From Desulfomicrobium sp. (GTDB lineage: Bacteria; Desulfobacterota; Desulfovibrionia; Desulfovibrionales; Desulfomicrobiaceae): DNA of 64,000 bases. The notes under the pieces are model-generated. The model was not told the origin of the DNA and ran no database searches. It saw nothing but the letters and a program-made list of their open reading frames with translations. The position numbers and the translations under genes were made by a program. Positions 1 to 9,057 of this stretch are shown here, piece by piece (position 1 is the first letter of the stretch; each line of letters starts with the position of its first letter). The stretch covers positions 96,001 to 160,000 of the forward strand of contig JAXGMI010000002.1 of the NCBI GenBank assembly GCA_040768745.1. The letters run 5' to 3'.

Positions 1-216
1 CTCTTCCTGGCCATGCCCAACCCGCGCGGCGACAAGGGGGTCGCGGCCGTCCTGCAGGTCGGCCCGGAGCTGGGGGAGGCAGCCGTGGCTGACGCGGCCC
101 GTCGGGTCACCCACTACGGCAGGGACAGCTTCGTTGGTTTCAGTCAGGGCGTGAACCGTCTGCGCGGGGCATGGCCTGCGCTGGATTCACCGCTGATCGT
201 GGAGTTCCAGCCATGA
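1..216 (+). CDS. 3' end of a gene entering the window (possibly an M1-aminopeptidase-like protein)
   Basis: Frame open from base 1 to TGA at 214-216, overlapping the next ATG (ATGA). Product is guessed from the adjacent ChaN-family gene only. Confidence 0.45.
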   Translation, partial: LFLAMPNPRGDKGVAAVLQVGPELGEAAVADAARRVTHYGRDSFVGFSQGVNRLRGAWPALDSPLIVEFQP

Positions 217-1070
217 ACGCAGTGCAGCCCAGATACATCGCAATCTTCATCGCGCAGCTCCTGGCCCTGGTCGCGTCCAGCCCGGCGTTTTCCAATGCAC
301 CTCTGACGCTGCTGGACCTGGCCCGGTCCCGCACTGCAAGCCTGACGGAGCTGGCCCCCGAGCTGGCCAAGGCCGACCTGGTCCTGGTCGGCGAATCCCA
401 TGGCAACCCCCTCCACCACCAGGCACAGCTGGCTGTCATCCGCGGTCTGCACGAGGCCGGGCACCCTGTGTCCGTGGGGCTGGAGATGTTCCAGCGGCTG
501 GAACAGAATGTCCTGGACCGATGGATCGCCGGAAGCCTTGCGGAAGCAGATATGGTTCAGGCGTTTTCCCGGAACTGGAGCATCGCATGGGAGGCCTACC
601 GGGACATCTTTGTCTACTGTCGCGACAACGGCATCCCCATGGCCGGGCTGAACGTCCCGCTGAAGATCACCCGCAAGGTGGCCAGGGAGGGCTTCTTTGC
701 CCTGACCGCCGAGGAGGTCGGCCTGCTCCCGCCCATCACCTGCAGCGTCGACCCGCAGTACGAAGCCTTTCTGCGTGGATTTGCGGGCTCGAGCGGCCAC
801 GAGGCGAGCTTTGACCGCTTCTGTCAGGCCCAGCTGGTCTGGGATGCGGCCATGGCCGTGCACGCCCTGGACTTCCTGAAGACGAGGCCGGACCGGACCA
901 TGATCATCATGGCCGGTTCGGTCCACGCCTGGAAGCCGGCCGTACCTGATCAGGTCCGCCGTCTGGCGCCGCAGGCCGCCGTGATTTCCATCCTGCCGGA
1001 AACAGGGATCAAGGGGGACAGGTCCGGCATCGGCACGTCCGACGCGGACTTTCTGATTCCGGGCCGCTGA
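213..1070 (+). CDS. ChaN-family (haem/iron-regulated) exported protein
   Basis: GGAG RBS and ATG at 213; N-terminal signal peptide; motifs VLVGESH..HHQAQL, VGLEMF, QAQLVWDAAMA, AGSVH. Confidence 0.85.
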   Translation: MNAVQPRYIAIFIAQLLALVASSPAFSNAPLTLLDLARSRTASLTELAPELAKADLVLVGESHGNPLHHQAQLAVIRGLHEAGHPVSVGLEMFQRLEQNVLDRWIAGSLAEADMVQAFSRNWSIAWEAYRDIFVYCRDNGIPMAGLNVPLKITRKVAREGFFALTAEEVGLLPPITCSVDPQYEAFLRGFAGSSGHEASFDRFCQAQLVWDAAMAVHALDFLKTRPDRTMIIMAGSVHAWKPAVPDQVRRLAPQAAVISILPETGIKGDRSGIGTSDADFLIPGR

Positions 1071-1281
1071 ATGCGGCGGACGCACAGCGAATCCCGGCCT
1101 GGATCAGGTTGCGAGACCCAGGCTTGAATTTTTCGAGGGTGATTGTGCGCGCAAAAACCGGTTTGCGCTTCGCTGAAGGAGGAGAATCAATCTGGAGAGG
1201 GCACAATGATGGCTCAATTTCTGACCATCTGAGTGCTGTTCTCCCGCGCAAATTCCCGACGAGTTCACTTCTTCTTAACCA

Positions 1282-1312
1282 AGGGGGAAGCCACCTTCCC
1301 CCTGTGTTTTTT
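1282..1312 (+). terminator. Rho-independent terminator
   Basis: AGGGGGAAG-ccac-CTTCCCCCT stem followed by GTGTTTTTT, between convergent genes. Confidence 0.8.
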
Positions 1313-1328
1313 CATCATGCGGCGCAGT

Positions 1329-3710
1329 CTATTCCAGCGGCGTGTTCGGAATGAGGGTCCAGATGCCGCAGGGACAGGCTCCGGCGCAGAATCCGCAGCC
1401 AATGCACTTCGTTGCGTCGCAGACCATGGCGAATTCATTGTCCGGCAGGGTCTGGCGGCTGATGGCCCCACGCGGGCAGACCGCCTCGCAGATGCCGCAG
1501 TCCCGGCATACCCCGCAGGAGGAGCACTCCTCGGCGCATTGGTCCAGGCTTTCGAACCCCGCCATGCGCGGATCGAAGTAGGCCAGGTTCATGCGCGCGT
1601 AGTCGATGGTCTCGGACATGTGATTGCCCGGATCCATGTAGTCGATACGGGTTTTCAGCCCCTCGGCCATGTCCTCGGTGACAGACAGGGGGCGGCGACC
1701 GGAGATGATGTCGTCAATGGCCTGGGCCGCGCGGCGGCCGTCGCCGATGGCCTGGGTCAGCAGGCCCAGCTTGACCAGGTCGCCGATGGCGAAGACCCGC
1801 GGGTCCGTGGTCTGGTTCACGTCATTGACCTGGATGAAGCCGCGCTCCCGGGCAATGTTGTCCGGAAAGGCCTCCAGGTCAGGGACGTCTCCGATGGAAA
1901 CGATGACCGTGTCCGCCGGGAGCAGGCGGCCGTCGGTCAGGAGCACGCCCTCGGCCGTGATTTCCTTGGTGAAGCAGGGCCACAGGAACTGCGCTCCGGC
2001 CTTTTCCGCCTCGTCGCGCTCCTTTCCGAAGGAGGCGGGTTTCTGCACGTCGATGAGCGTGATGCTCCTGGCCCCGAGGCGTCCGGCCTCGGAGGCCACG
2101 TCGCAACCGACGTTGCCCGCGCCGATGATGACGACGCGCTCCCCGACCTTGGCATCGCCATGCTTGCAGGCCTTCAGGAAGTCGGTGGCTGTGACCAGGC
2201 GTTCATTGCCGGGCACCGGCAGGGTCCGTGGGCGCTGGGCGCCTGTGGCCAGGACGATGAAGTCATAGTCGTTCCTGATGGCTTCAAAGTCGTCCCTGGA
2301 CAGCTTCTTGGACAGTCGCACGTGGGGAATGATCTCCCGGGCCCGATCCAGTTCGGCAGCCAGCACCTCGGGAGGGATGCGGTTGGCCGGTATGGAAGCC
2401 TGCAGTTTTCCGCCCAGCTTTTCGTCCATGTCGAAGACCGAGGCCTTGTGTCCCTTGAGCCGCAGTTGCCAGGCCACGGAAATGCCTGCAGGGCCGCCGC
2501 CGATGACCGCGACCTTTTTGTCAGAAGACATGGGCAGCATGGGCGGGTGGGCGTTGATACCTTCCTTGCCCAGCATCTTGGCGTCCACGGGTTTGAGATT
2601 GCCGAGGCCGCGGGTGCAACCTTCCATGCACAGGTTGGGGCAGAGATACCCGCAGACCGTGGCCGGAAACGGTGTGTATTCCAGAGACAGGTCCACTGCC
2701 TCGGCCAGGCGGCCTTCGCGCACCAGCTGCCAGCGTTTTTGTACGGGTATGCCCGAGGGGCAGCTGGCCTGACAGGGCGGCATGTACTTGCAGTTTTCCC
2801 ACACCGGAACGAAGCGGCGCAGTTCATCCGTGGTAATCAGCCCGATGGGTGAACGGTCCACCGCGGTCAGATCCCCAACCAGTCCTCCCCGCCCCAGTTC
2901 CTTGTCCCAGACCTGAGAGTGGAACTCGGCCATGGACTTTCGTTTCTTGGTGACCTTTTCATACGGGGTCTTGGCGCGCACCAGCCGCCACTGATCACGG
3001 GAGGCCAGGGAATCAAAGAGGCCGCTTCTGTTGATTTTATTCAAATACAACTTGAGATTTTCCGTGAGCCAGGCCCAATCCTCGTCGTTGATGGGAGTGT
3101 GCACGGCGTCGGCGGTGCTGACGGCCTGCTCCTGGCCGCGGTAAAAGATGCGGCCTCCGACCATGCCCACGCAGGGCCGGTAGCCCAGGATCGAGGCGTT
3201 GTCTCCGGCATCCACTCCGCAGACCACGGCCACCCCCCCGGCCATGAATTCGGCGAAATAGTCTCCTGCATGGCCCAGGACCCATAATTCCGGAGCAGGG
3301 AAGCGGGGGTTCTGCTTGGTCATGGTCATGGAGCGTGAGCCGACGTTGCCGGCGATGAAAACCCTGCCCTGGGCCATGGCATTGGCAATGCCGTTGCCGG
3401 CGTTGCCGTGGACGATGATTTCCGCCCCGGCGTTCAGCCAGCCGATGTCGTCGGAGCCGGGTCCCATGGCCTCGATGGTCGTGCCGGGAAAACCGAAGGA
3501 GCCCAGCCGCTGGCCCGCGGCCCCGGTCACGGTGATCCTGACGGGTTCCTTTTTGGAGATCCAGAGGCGGCCGCCGATGCCGTGCTGGCCTCTGGCCTCG
3601 ATGACGAGTTCGCGTGCTCCTGCCTTGACGGCGTCCTGGATGCGCTCCTCGAGGATGCGGGATTCCAGCCGGACGCCGTTTTCCTGTCCTGCAATGAATG
3701 TGTTCTGCAT
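1329..3710 (-). CDS. Glutamate synthase subunit: GXGXG (GltB C-terminal) domain fused to GltD-like FAD/NAD(P) oxidoreductase and 4Fe-4S domains
   Basis: N-terminal GXGXG repeats, PCQASCP Fe-S motif, VAVIGGGPAG and IIGAGNVG nucleotide-binding motifs, C-terminal CxxCxxCxxxCP motifs. Confidence 0.9.
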   Translation of the reverse strand: MQNTFIAGQENGVRLESRILEERIQDAVKAGARELVIEARGQHGIGGRLWISKKEPVRITVTGAAGQRLGSFGFPGTTIEAMGPGSDDIGWLNAGAEIIVHGNAGNGIANAMAQGRVFIAGNVGSRSMTMTKQNPRFPAPELWVLGHAGDYFAEFMAGGVAVVCGVDAGDNASILGYRPCVGMVGGRIFYRGQEQAVSTADAVHTPINDEDWAWLTENLKLYLNKINRSGLFDSLASRDQWRLVRAKTPYEKVTKKRKSMAEFHSQVWDKELGRGGLVGDLTAVDRSPIGLITTDELRRFVPVWENCKYMPPCQASCPSGIPVQKRWQLVREGRLAEAVDLSLEYTPFPATVCGYLCPNLCMEGCTRGLGNLKPVDAKMLGKEGINAHPPMLPMSSDKKVAVIGGGPAGISVAWQLRLKGHKASVFDMDEKLGGKLQASIPANRIPPEVLAAELDRAREIIPHVRLSKKLSRDDFEAIRNDYDFIVLATGAQRPRTLPVPGNERLVTATDFLKACKHGDAKVGERVVIIGAGNVGCDVASEAGRLGARSITLIDVQKPASFGKERDEAEKAGAQFLWPCFTKEITAEGVLLTDGRLLPADTVIVSIGDVPDLEAFPDNIARERGFIQVNDVNQTTDPRVFAIGDLVKLGLLTQAIGDGRRAAQAIDDIISGRRPLSVTEDMAEGLKTRIDYMDPGNHMSETIDYARMNLAYFDPRMAGFESLDQCAEECSSCGVCRDCGICEAVCPRGAISRQTLPDNEFAMVCDATKCIGCGFCAGACPCGIWTLIPNTPLE

Positions 3711-3723
3711 GGTGCCCTCCGTC

Positions 3724-5358
3724 TCAGACCACGTATTTGATGGCCAGTCTGTCCGCTGCGTCCTTGTCGGCGATGCCCAGGGCGTCGGACATGCCGACGG
3801 GCAGAGATGTGGACCTGCCCAGGGGGGCGAAGACCTTTTTCAGCTCGGTATCGAAGCTGACATAGAGATCCACCAGCCGCTCAGCCACCTTTTCCGGATC
3901 AAGGCGGCGGTAAACGCGCGGATCCTGGGAGGTGATGCCCTTGGGACAGACGCCGATGTTGCAGACGTTGCAGCGATCAGACTCGGAGCCCACGCATCCG
4001 GCCGCGGCCTGCATGACGTACTTGCCGATTTGCACGGCCGAGGCGCCCAGCATGATGAGCGAGGCCGCATTGGCTGCCAGGTTGCCGTTCTTGCCGATGC
4101 CGCCGCCGGCGATGAGGGGCACTTCGTTCTGCTTGCCCATGGCGCACAGGGTCAGATAGGCGTCGCGGATGTTGGAGGCGATGGGACTGCCCATGTGGTT
4201 CATGGATACGTTGTAGGCCGCGCCTGTGCCGCCGTCCTCGCCGTCCACGGCCAGACCGGCGGCATAGGGATTGCGGCAGAGGTTGTTCAGCACCGCGTTG
4301 GTCGTACTCGTGGCCGAGATCTTGGGGTACACGGGCACGCGGAATCCCCAGGCCATGGACATGGACTGGATCATCTTGGCCACGGCCTCCTCGATGGAGT
4401 ATTTGGTCTGGTGGGTCGGCGGACTGGGCAGACTCACTCCCGGAGGGACCCCGCGGATGGCCGCGATGAGCTTGTTGACCTTGTGCCACATGAGGAGTCC
4501 CCCGTCCCCGGGCTTGGCGCCCTGGCCGTACTTGATCTCGATGGCGCAGGGGTCTTCCTTCATGTCCGGTATGGCGTGGATGATCTCGTCCCATCCGAAA
4601 TAGCCCGAGGCGATCTGCAGGATGACATATTTGAGAAACCGCGAGCGGAGCAGGCGCGGGGGGCAACCTCCCTCTCCCGTGCAGATGCGCACGGGCATAC
4701 CCAGCTCCTCGTTCAGGTAGGCCACGCCCATCTGCAGGCCTTCCCACATGTTGGGTGACAGGGCGCCGAAGGACATGCTCCCGATCATCAGCGGGTAGAT
4801 CTCGCGCACCGGCGGGGCCCACCCGTGTTCCTTGATGGTGGCCAAGCCGTCCAGGGGGCTCTGCACGCGGCCGATGAGGGTCTTCAGGTCGAATTCATGG
4901 CGGCCCGAATCGAGGGCAGGGTCCGTCAGCATGGAGATGCGGATGAATTTGATCTGGTCCAGGACCGAGCCGTTGTCGTTGCGGCGTCCCCCCCGGGTGC
5001 GGGGCTGGCCTCCCAGGTTGATATGGAAGCGGAGCTTGTCCTTTTCATCCGAGTGCATGGGCAGGATGGCATCGTTGGGACAGACCATGCTGCAGGTTCC
5101 GCAGCCCACGCAGGCCTGGTGAGGGGCCGTGCGCTGGCGGATGCCGTAGTAGATGGTGTGCTCGTTCTCGGGCTTGTTCTTGAACCCCGCCGCGACCTTG
5201 ATGCTGCGCTTGCGGAAGGTGCCGAGTTCCAGGGACTGCATGGGACACACGGCGCAGCACTGGCCGCAGAGGGTGCAGCGTTCCTTGTTCCAGACAATCT
5301 GCCAGGGCAGATCCTTGATACTCAGTTGTGAAGGGGTAATGGCTGCGACTGCCGACAT
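3724..5358 (-). CDS. Glutamate synthase FMN-binding subunit (GltB2-like) with N-terminal ferredoxin
   Basis: MSFGALS, TGEGG, QIASGYFG, EIKYGQGAKPGDGG and CNIGVCPKGITSQD motifs; two ferredoxin motifs. Confidence 0.92.
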   Translation of the reverse strand: MSAVAAITPSQLSIKDLPWQIVWNKERCTLCGQCCAVCPMQSLELGTFRKRSIKVAAGFKNKPENEHTIYYGIRQRTAPHQACVGCGTCSMVCPNDAILPMHSDEKDKLRFHINLGGQPRTRGGRRNDNGSVLDQIKFIRISMLTDPALDSGRHEFDLKTLIGRVQSPLDGLATIKEHGWAPPVREIYPLMIGSMSFGALSPNMWEGLQMGVAYLNEELGMPVRICTGEGGCPPRLLRSRFLKYVILQIASGYFGWDEIIHAIPDMKEDPCAIEIKYGQGAKPGDGGLLMWHKVNKLIAAIRGVPPGVSLPSPPTHQTKYSIEEAVAKMIQSMSMAWGFRVPVYPKISATSTTNAVLNNLCRNPYAAGLAVDGEDGGTGAAYNVSMNHMGSPIASNIRDAYLTLCAMGKQNEVPLIAGGGIGKNGNLAANAASLIMLGASAVQIGKYVMQAAAGCVGSESDRCNVCNIGVCPKGITSQDPRVYRRLDPEKVAERLVDLYVSFDTELKKVFAPLGRSTSLPVGMSDALGIADKDAADRLAIKYVV

Positions 5359-6452
5359 ATTCTGACCTCCTGGCGGTCCGGGCCAACAATGGCCGAGTCA
5401 AGATGCATGGGTTGAAAATCCTTGGTTCTGTCACGATCCGGGATGGCCAGGTCCAGGCCGCATATCTCGGAGGAGAATGCGAACAGGCCAGGCCTGCCGC
5501 CGACCACGCCGGGGCGGAGCTTTTTGCTGTCCTGGACCATGAACATGGACTTGTCCGGCAGGCAGCCGATGACGCAGTTGGGTCCGTCGATGATCAGGCG
5601 GCGGCAGATCTGCTTCAGCTTGGTCAGGAATTCCCTGTCCGGATGGTTATGCATTTCATGATCCTTCAGAGGGGTGATGACGTGCTTGTATGCCTCGAAA
5701 GGAAGGGCCAGCCTCTTCAAGGCATAGTGCAGGATATGCGTGAACACCTCCGAATCGGAATTGTAGCCCTCGTAGCCGGGGATGCCCTGGCCCATGAGGT
5801 AGTCCCGGATGGGCACGAATGCGGTGTTTTCACCGTTGGTCATGGTGCTGATGCCTTCGATGAAGAAGGGGTGGCAGGCGTAGAGATTGATGGCATAGTT
5901 GGTGTTCTGCCGACCCTGGGCCAGGATGAGTCGGCTGTGGATTTCAGGACGGTCCAGGCCCAGGTATTCCCCGACCTGCAAGGGATCTCCGATCTCCTTG
6001 ATCATGATTGTGTCCGGCCAGAAGGAGAAGACAGTGATGTCCTCGCTGTCCAGTCCCATGTGCTTGAGCTGCAGGCGGGTTCTCAGGCAGGCCAGCCCTT
6101 TTTCCTCTGCTGTCAGGGTGGCCCAGGACTCGGGAACGTCATAGGCGCGGACCACGTAGGCATCGCGCTTGGGCGTCCAGGTCGGCAGCGCCCCCTTGGG
6201 GGTGATGGGCATGTCGTACCTGAGGGTGAAGCCCTTGGCCTCCATGAATTCGTCGAGGCGTTTCATGCCCGGGTCGGTGAATATTCCGGACAGGACGGGG
6301 TTGTCCTTCATGGATTCGAACGGACCGGCCAGATCCGACAGGTACAGTCCGACGCCCGAGCCGTCGTGTCCCTCGCGCATGACATCCAGGGCCCGGATGG
6401 CATCCATGGGGGAGACGGGATCGCTGCTCGTCAGAGCAAATAATCGACACAT
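5322..6452 (-). CDS. Class II glutamine amidotransferase subunit of glutamate synthase (GltB1-like)
   Basis: N-terminal M-C (Ntn nucleophile); DGSG, CHPF, NGE, SDSE, LRP, SSE motifs; first gene of the operon. Confidence 0.9.
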   Translation of the reverse strand: MCRLFALTSSDPVSPMDAIRALDVMREGHDGSGVGLYLSDLAGPFESMKDNPVLSGIFTDPGMKRLDEFMEAKGFTLRYDMPITPKGALPTWTPKRDAYVVRAYDVPESWATLTAEEKGLACLRTRLQLKHMGLDSEDITVFSFWPDTIMIKEIGDPLQVGEYLGLDRPEIHSRLILAQGRQNTNYAINLYACHPFFIEGISTMTNGENTAFVPIRDYLMGQGIPGYEGYNSDSEVFTHILHYALKRLALPFEAYKHVITPLKDHEMHNHPDREFLTKLKQICRRLIIDGPNCVIGCLPDKSMFMVQDSKKLRPGVVGGRPGLFAFSSEICGLDLAIPDRDRTKDFQPMHLDSAIVGPDRQEVRICRQSQPLPLHN

Positions 6453-6507
6453 AGCGCATCACTCCCTTTGCTGTTCAATCCCGGATTGCGCGCAGAGGCA
6501 CAGAGAA

Positions 6508-6527
6508 ATATGACAATTCTGTCATAT
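6508..6527. promoter_or_regulatory. Palindromic operator candidate upstream of the glutamate synthase operon
   Basis: Perfect ATATGACA-N4-TGTCATAT about 55 bp before the start codon; further TATGACA half-site at 6551-6557. Confidence 0.55.
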
Positions 6528-6719
6528 GGCGATGCGTCAAACCGGGCTGTTATGACAAATTTGAAAAAAAAGAATGCATTCCCGGCTTCAGAAGAAGGGG
6601 ACCACACGTACAGCAAGGACAGGGCCAAAGTCGGTTATCGGGGCGGGGGAATCGGAAGGGGTTTTGAAAGAGGTGCCATGCATGGGTTGCCGATGTTCCG
6701 CAGCGCAACCCTTACTGCC

Positions 6720-7013
6720 TCACGTTCGGGGCACAGACGGGTTCTTGCGTTCCGGGGTGAAGAACCACCAAGGGCGAGGGTCGTCGCCGTCCATGAAGCG
6801 GATCACGGACACGAAAACGTCCAGGATACAGGGATCCTGCCGCGCTCCGGTCAGTTCGCAGAGGCGGTCGAAGAGGGCCAGCGGGTCCTGCCCGGCGAGC
6901 TGTTCCGGCCGATCGAAGCCCAGGAGTCGCAGGTCCTCGGCCATGGCGGGTCCGATGTTGGGCAGGTCGGTCAGGGAGGACAGGCGGTCGCGCCTGACTT
7001 TGTTCGGGTTCAA
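6720..7013 (-). CDS. Cdd1-like helix-hairpin-helix protein (mitomycin-resistance-like family)
   Basis: LTDLPNIGPAMAEDLRLLG...DPCILDVF...PWW pattern; TTG start. Confidence 0.8.
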   Translation of the reverse strand: MNPNKVRRDRLSSLTDLPNIGPAMAEDLRLLGFDRPEQLAGQDPLALFDRLCELTGARQDPCILDVFVSVIRFMDGDDPRPWWFFTPERKNPSVPRT

Positions 7014-7020
7014 GGGGTCC

Positions 7021-8076
7021 TCAGACCATCCGGCGGCTGATTTCGTGATGGTTGATGAGGATCTTGCTCACGTAGTCAACGGTTTCGGCGAAGTTGGGGA
7101 TGCGGCCATAGGCTGTGTATATGCCTGCCTGATAGTCCGTATTGCCCAGTCCGGCGTTGTATCCGGCCGTTGCCGCCAGAATATTCCCGCTGCGGGAGCG
7201 CATGTTTTCAGCCATCATCCTGATCATGGCGTTGATGCTGTGGGAGTAGAGCACGCGCTGTTCGAATTTCTCGAAAAATGCCACATCCTGAGGGTCAAAA
7301 ATGGAGCGACCCTGGAAATTTTCGGCGAGGTATTGGCGGCAGTTGTCCCGCGCCTGGGTGTACTGGGCCTGGGCCAGATCCATGCGCTCCAGGGCAAGGC
7401 TCAGGTCGTCTGCCTCGGCGAAGGGAAGGCCCTGCACCTGTCTGGAGAGCAGAGTCCGCAACATCTTGGCGGGATTGTTGAACAGATCGGATTGGTCCCT
7501 GCGCATGTTCCGCATCTGCTCGCGCAGCCTGGAGGCGCGCTCGAATTCAGTTTCCAAGTCCATCCGGCGGGCCTGCCCAGGAGGGAGACTGTGGGCATCG
7601 GCGCAGATCAGTCCATACCCCCTGGCCGTCGGGGCTATGAACTGGCAGGGACCCACGGCCAGGGCCGAGGACACAGCGAACTCATAAAAAAAGGATTCTG
7701 CCATCATCTGACCCATGATCCAGCAAGGATCCACTGGATAGATGGAGGCGTTGCGGATGACCCCCTGGACCACGTGTCGGCAGATCTCCGGAATGCGCGC
7801 ATGCAGGTCCACTTGGCTCAAGGGCTGTTTCCAGACCGGCAGATTGCCGCTGGGGTAGTTTTCCATGACAAAGGTCAGGACCGACTGGGCCAGAGCGTGG
7901 GCAAATCCTGGTGCGGAAACCGTGCCCACCACGCGGGAGGGGTCCTTGGTCTGGATGACCCGGATTTCCGAAACCTCGGACAACGGAGTCTGGGCCGCCT
8001 TGGCCGCCGGACTCAGCAAGGGAAGGAGCAGGGGGGCAAGGGAGGCCTTGAGCATGGTACGGCGTGCTGTATTCAT
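7021..8076 (-). CDS. Lytic transglycosylase (SLT domain) with Tat-like signal
   Basis: ARRTMLK leader; SLT motifs MMAES, GPCQF, AGYNAG, ETVDYV. Confidence 0.8.
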   Translation of the reverse strand: MNTARRTMLKASLAPLLLPLLSPAAKAAQTPLSEVSEIRVIQTKDPSRVVGTVSAPGFAHALAQSVLTFVMENYPSGNLPVWKQPLSQVDLHARIPEICRHVVQGVIRNASIYPVDPCWIMGQMMAESFFYEFAVSSALAVGPCQFIAPTARGYGLICADAHSLPPGQARRMDLETEFERASRLREQMRNMRRDQSDLFNNPAKMLRTLLSRQVQGLPFAEADDLSLALERMDLAQAQYTQARDNCRQYLAENFQGRSIFDPQDVAFFEKFEQRVLYSHSINAMIRMMAENMRSRSGNILAATAGYNAGLGNTDYQAGIYTAYGRIPNFAETVDYVSKILINHHEISRRMV

Positions 8077-8080
8077 CGTA

Positions 8081-8455
8081 TCAACCGGAATTGAGGGTCA
8101 TGCGGGCCACGACCTTGCGGAAATACTCCTCGTTTTCTTCCAGGAGCAGCCCGCCACTGCGGATCTTGGCTTTGGCGATGACAAGTTGGACTTTCTGGAT
8201 CTGACGCATTTTTTGCGCTTCGTCTGTTTCCCTTTCCAGGCATTCGATCAGGGATCGGATTTCGCGTTGGGTCTGGATTTCCTCGGGCACATAGCCCCCG
8301 TTCTTGAGCACCTTGTAGGCCATGCGCAGATGCTCAGGCATGAACGGGTCCGAGTCCAGGGTCAGGGGTTGTCCCTGACCCTGGAGGTTGTCGAACTCTC
8401 CGCGCTGCTGGGCGTTCTGAATGGCCTGTTCGGCCAAATCAGCAAGAATTTTCAT
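8081..8455 (-). CDS. DUF1992 (DnaJ-associated) family protein
   Basis: True start ATG 8455 overlaps the upstream stop; AEQAIQNAQQRGEFDNLQGQGQPL...RMAYKVLKNGGYVPEE. Confidence 0.85.
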   Translation of the reverse strand: MKILADLAEQAIQNAQQRGEFDNLQGQGQPLTLDSDPFMPEHLRMAYKVLKNGGYVPEEIQTQREIRSLIECLERETDEAQKMRQIQKVQLVIAKAKIRSGGLLLEENEEYFRKVVARMTLNSG

Positions 8456-8922
8456 CGCATCAGAGAGGCCTTTTTCACGATGTGGCGGAACCCTTCTTCG
8501 GAGATGATTCCCAGATGGTCCAGGATCATTTCTCCGCTGGGACTGTAAATTATGGTCCTGGGAATGGATTTGACGGAAAGCGTGGAGCCGATATCCCCAT
8601 TGTCGATGTAAACGGGGAAATTGATCTTCTGCCGGGTGACGAACGCATCCACCGCCTTGGGACTGTAATCCAGGGAAATCCCGACGATATGCAGGTCGCG
8701 CTCGGGGAATTCCTGGCGAGTGGCCATCAGAGCGGGTAACTCCTTGACGCAGGGTCCGCACCAGGTGGCCCAGAAATTGACGATGAGAACCCGTCCCTTG
8801 CTGGAGTCCACGATTTGCTTCAGGTCCTGGGGACCGATCGTGCGGACCCCCTGGGCCAGGGCTGCGCCGTTCAGACAGAAGGTCAGCAGGAGAAGCGCGG
8901 TCAATGTTTTGATGGCGTGCAT
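8452..8922 (-). CDS. TlpA-family thiol:disulfide oxidoreductase
   Basis: Signal peptide; VNFWATWCGPC; SIP cis-Pro motif. Confidence 0.9.
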   Translation of the reverse strand: MHAIKTLTALLLLTFCLNGAALAQGVRTIGPQDLKQIVDSSKGRVLIVNFWATWCGPCVKELPALMATRQEFPERDLHIVGISLDYSPKAVDAFVTRQKINFPVYIDNGDIGSTLSVKSIPRTIIYSPSGEMILDHLGIISEEGFRHIVKKASLMR

Positions 8923-9057
8923 GTGCGAATCCTTGTTTCCGTTGTTGTTGCACGATTGCTAGCCTGTTTGCCGTTTGGCAGTCAATCGAGGGAAGAGGTC
9001 ATTGCCTTTTGCGGGCAATTGGCTGATTGCAGGGACGCGAAGACCCCAGGAGGGAAT

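Noticed and set aside
1206..1232. Possible Sec read-through of MMAQFLTI-TGA into the 1233-2852 frame
   Set aside because: No SECIS-like hairpin, a terminator lies within the frame, and the product would be antisense to glutamate synthase.
1233..2852. Long antisense ORFs (this one, 3316-4758, 35155-36939, 38284-39945, 48989-51454 and others)
   Set aside because: Shadows of high-GC genes on the opposite strand, with no motifs of their own.
8081..8953. 290-aa ORF as listed
   Set aside because: The N-terminal part overlaps tlpA in another frame; the real DUF1992 gene starts at 8455.
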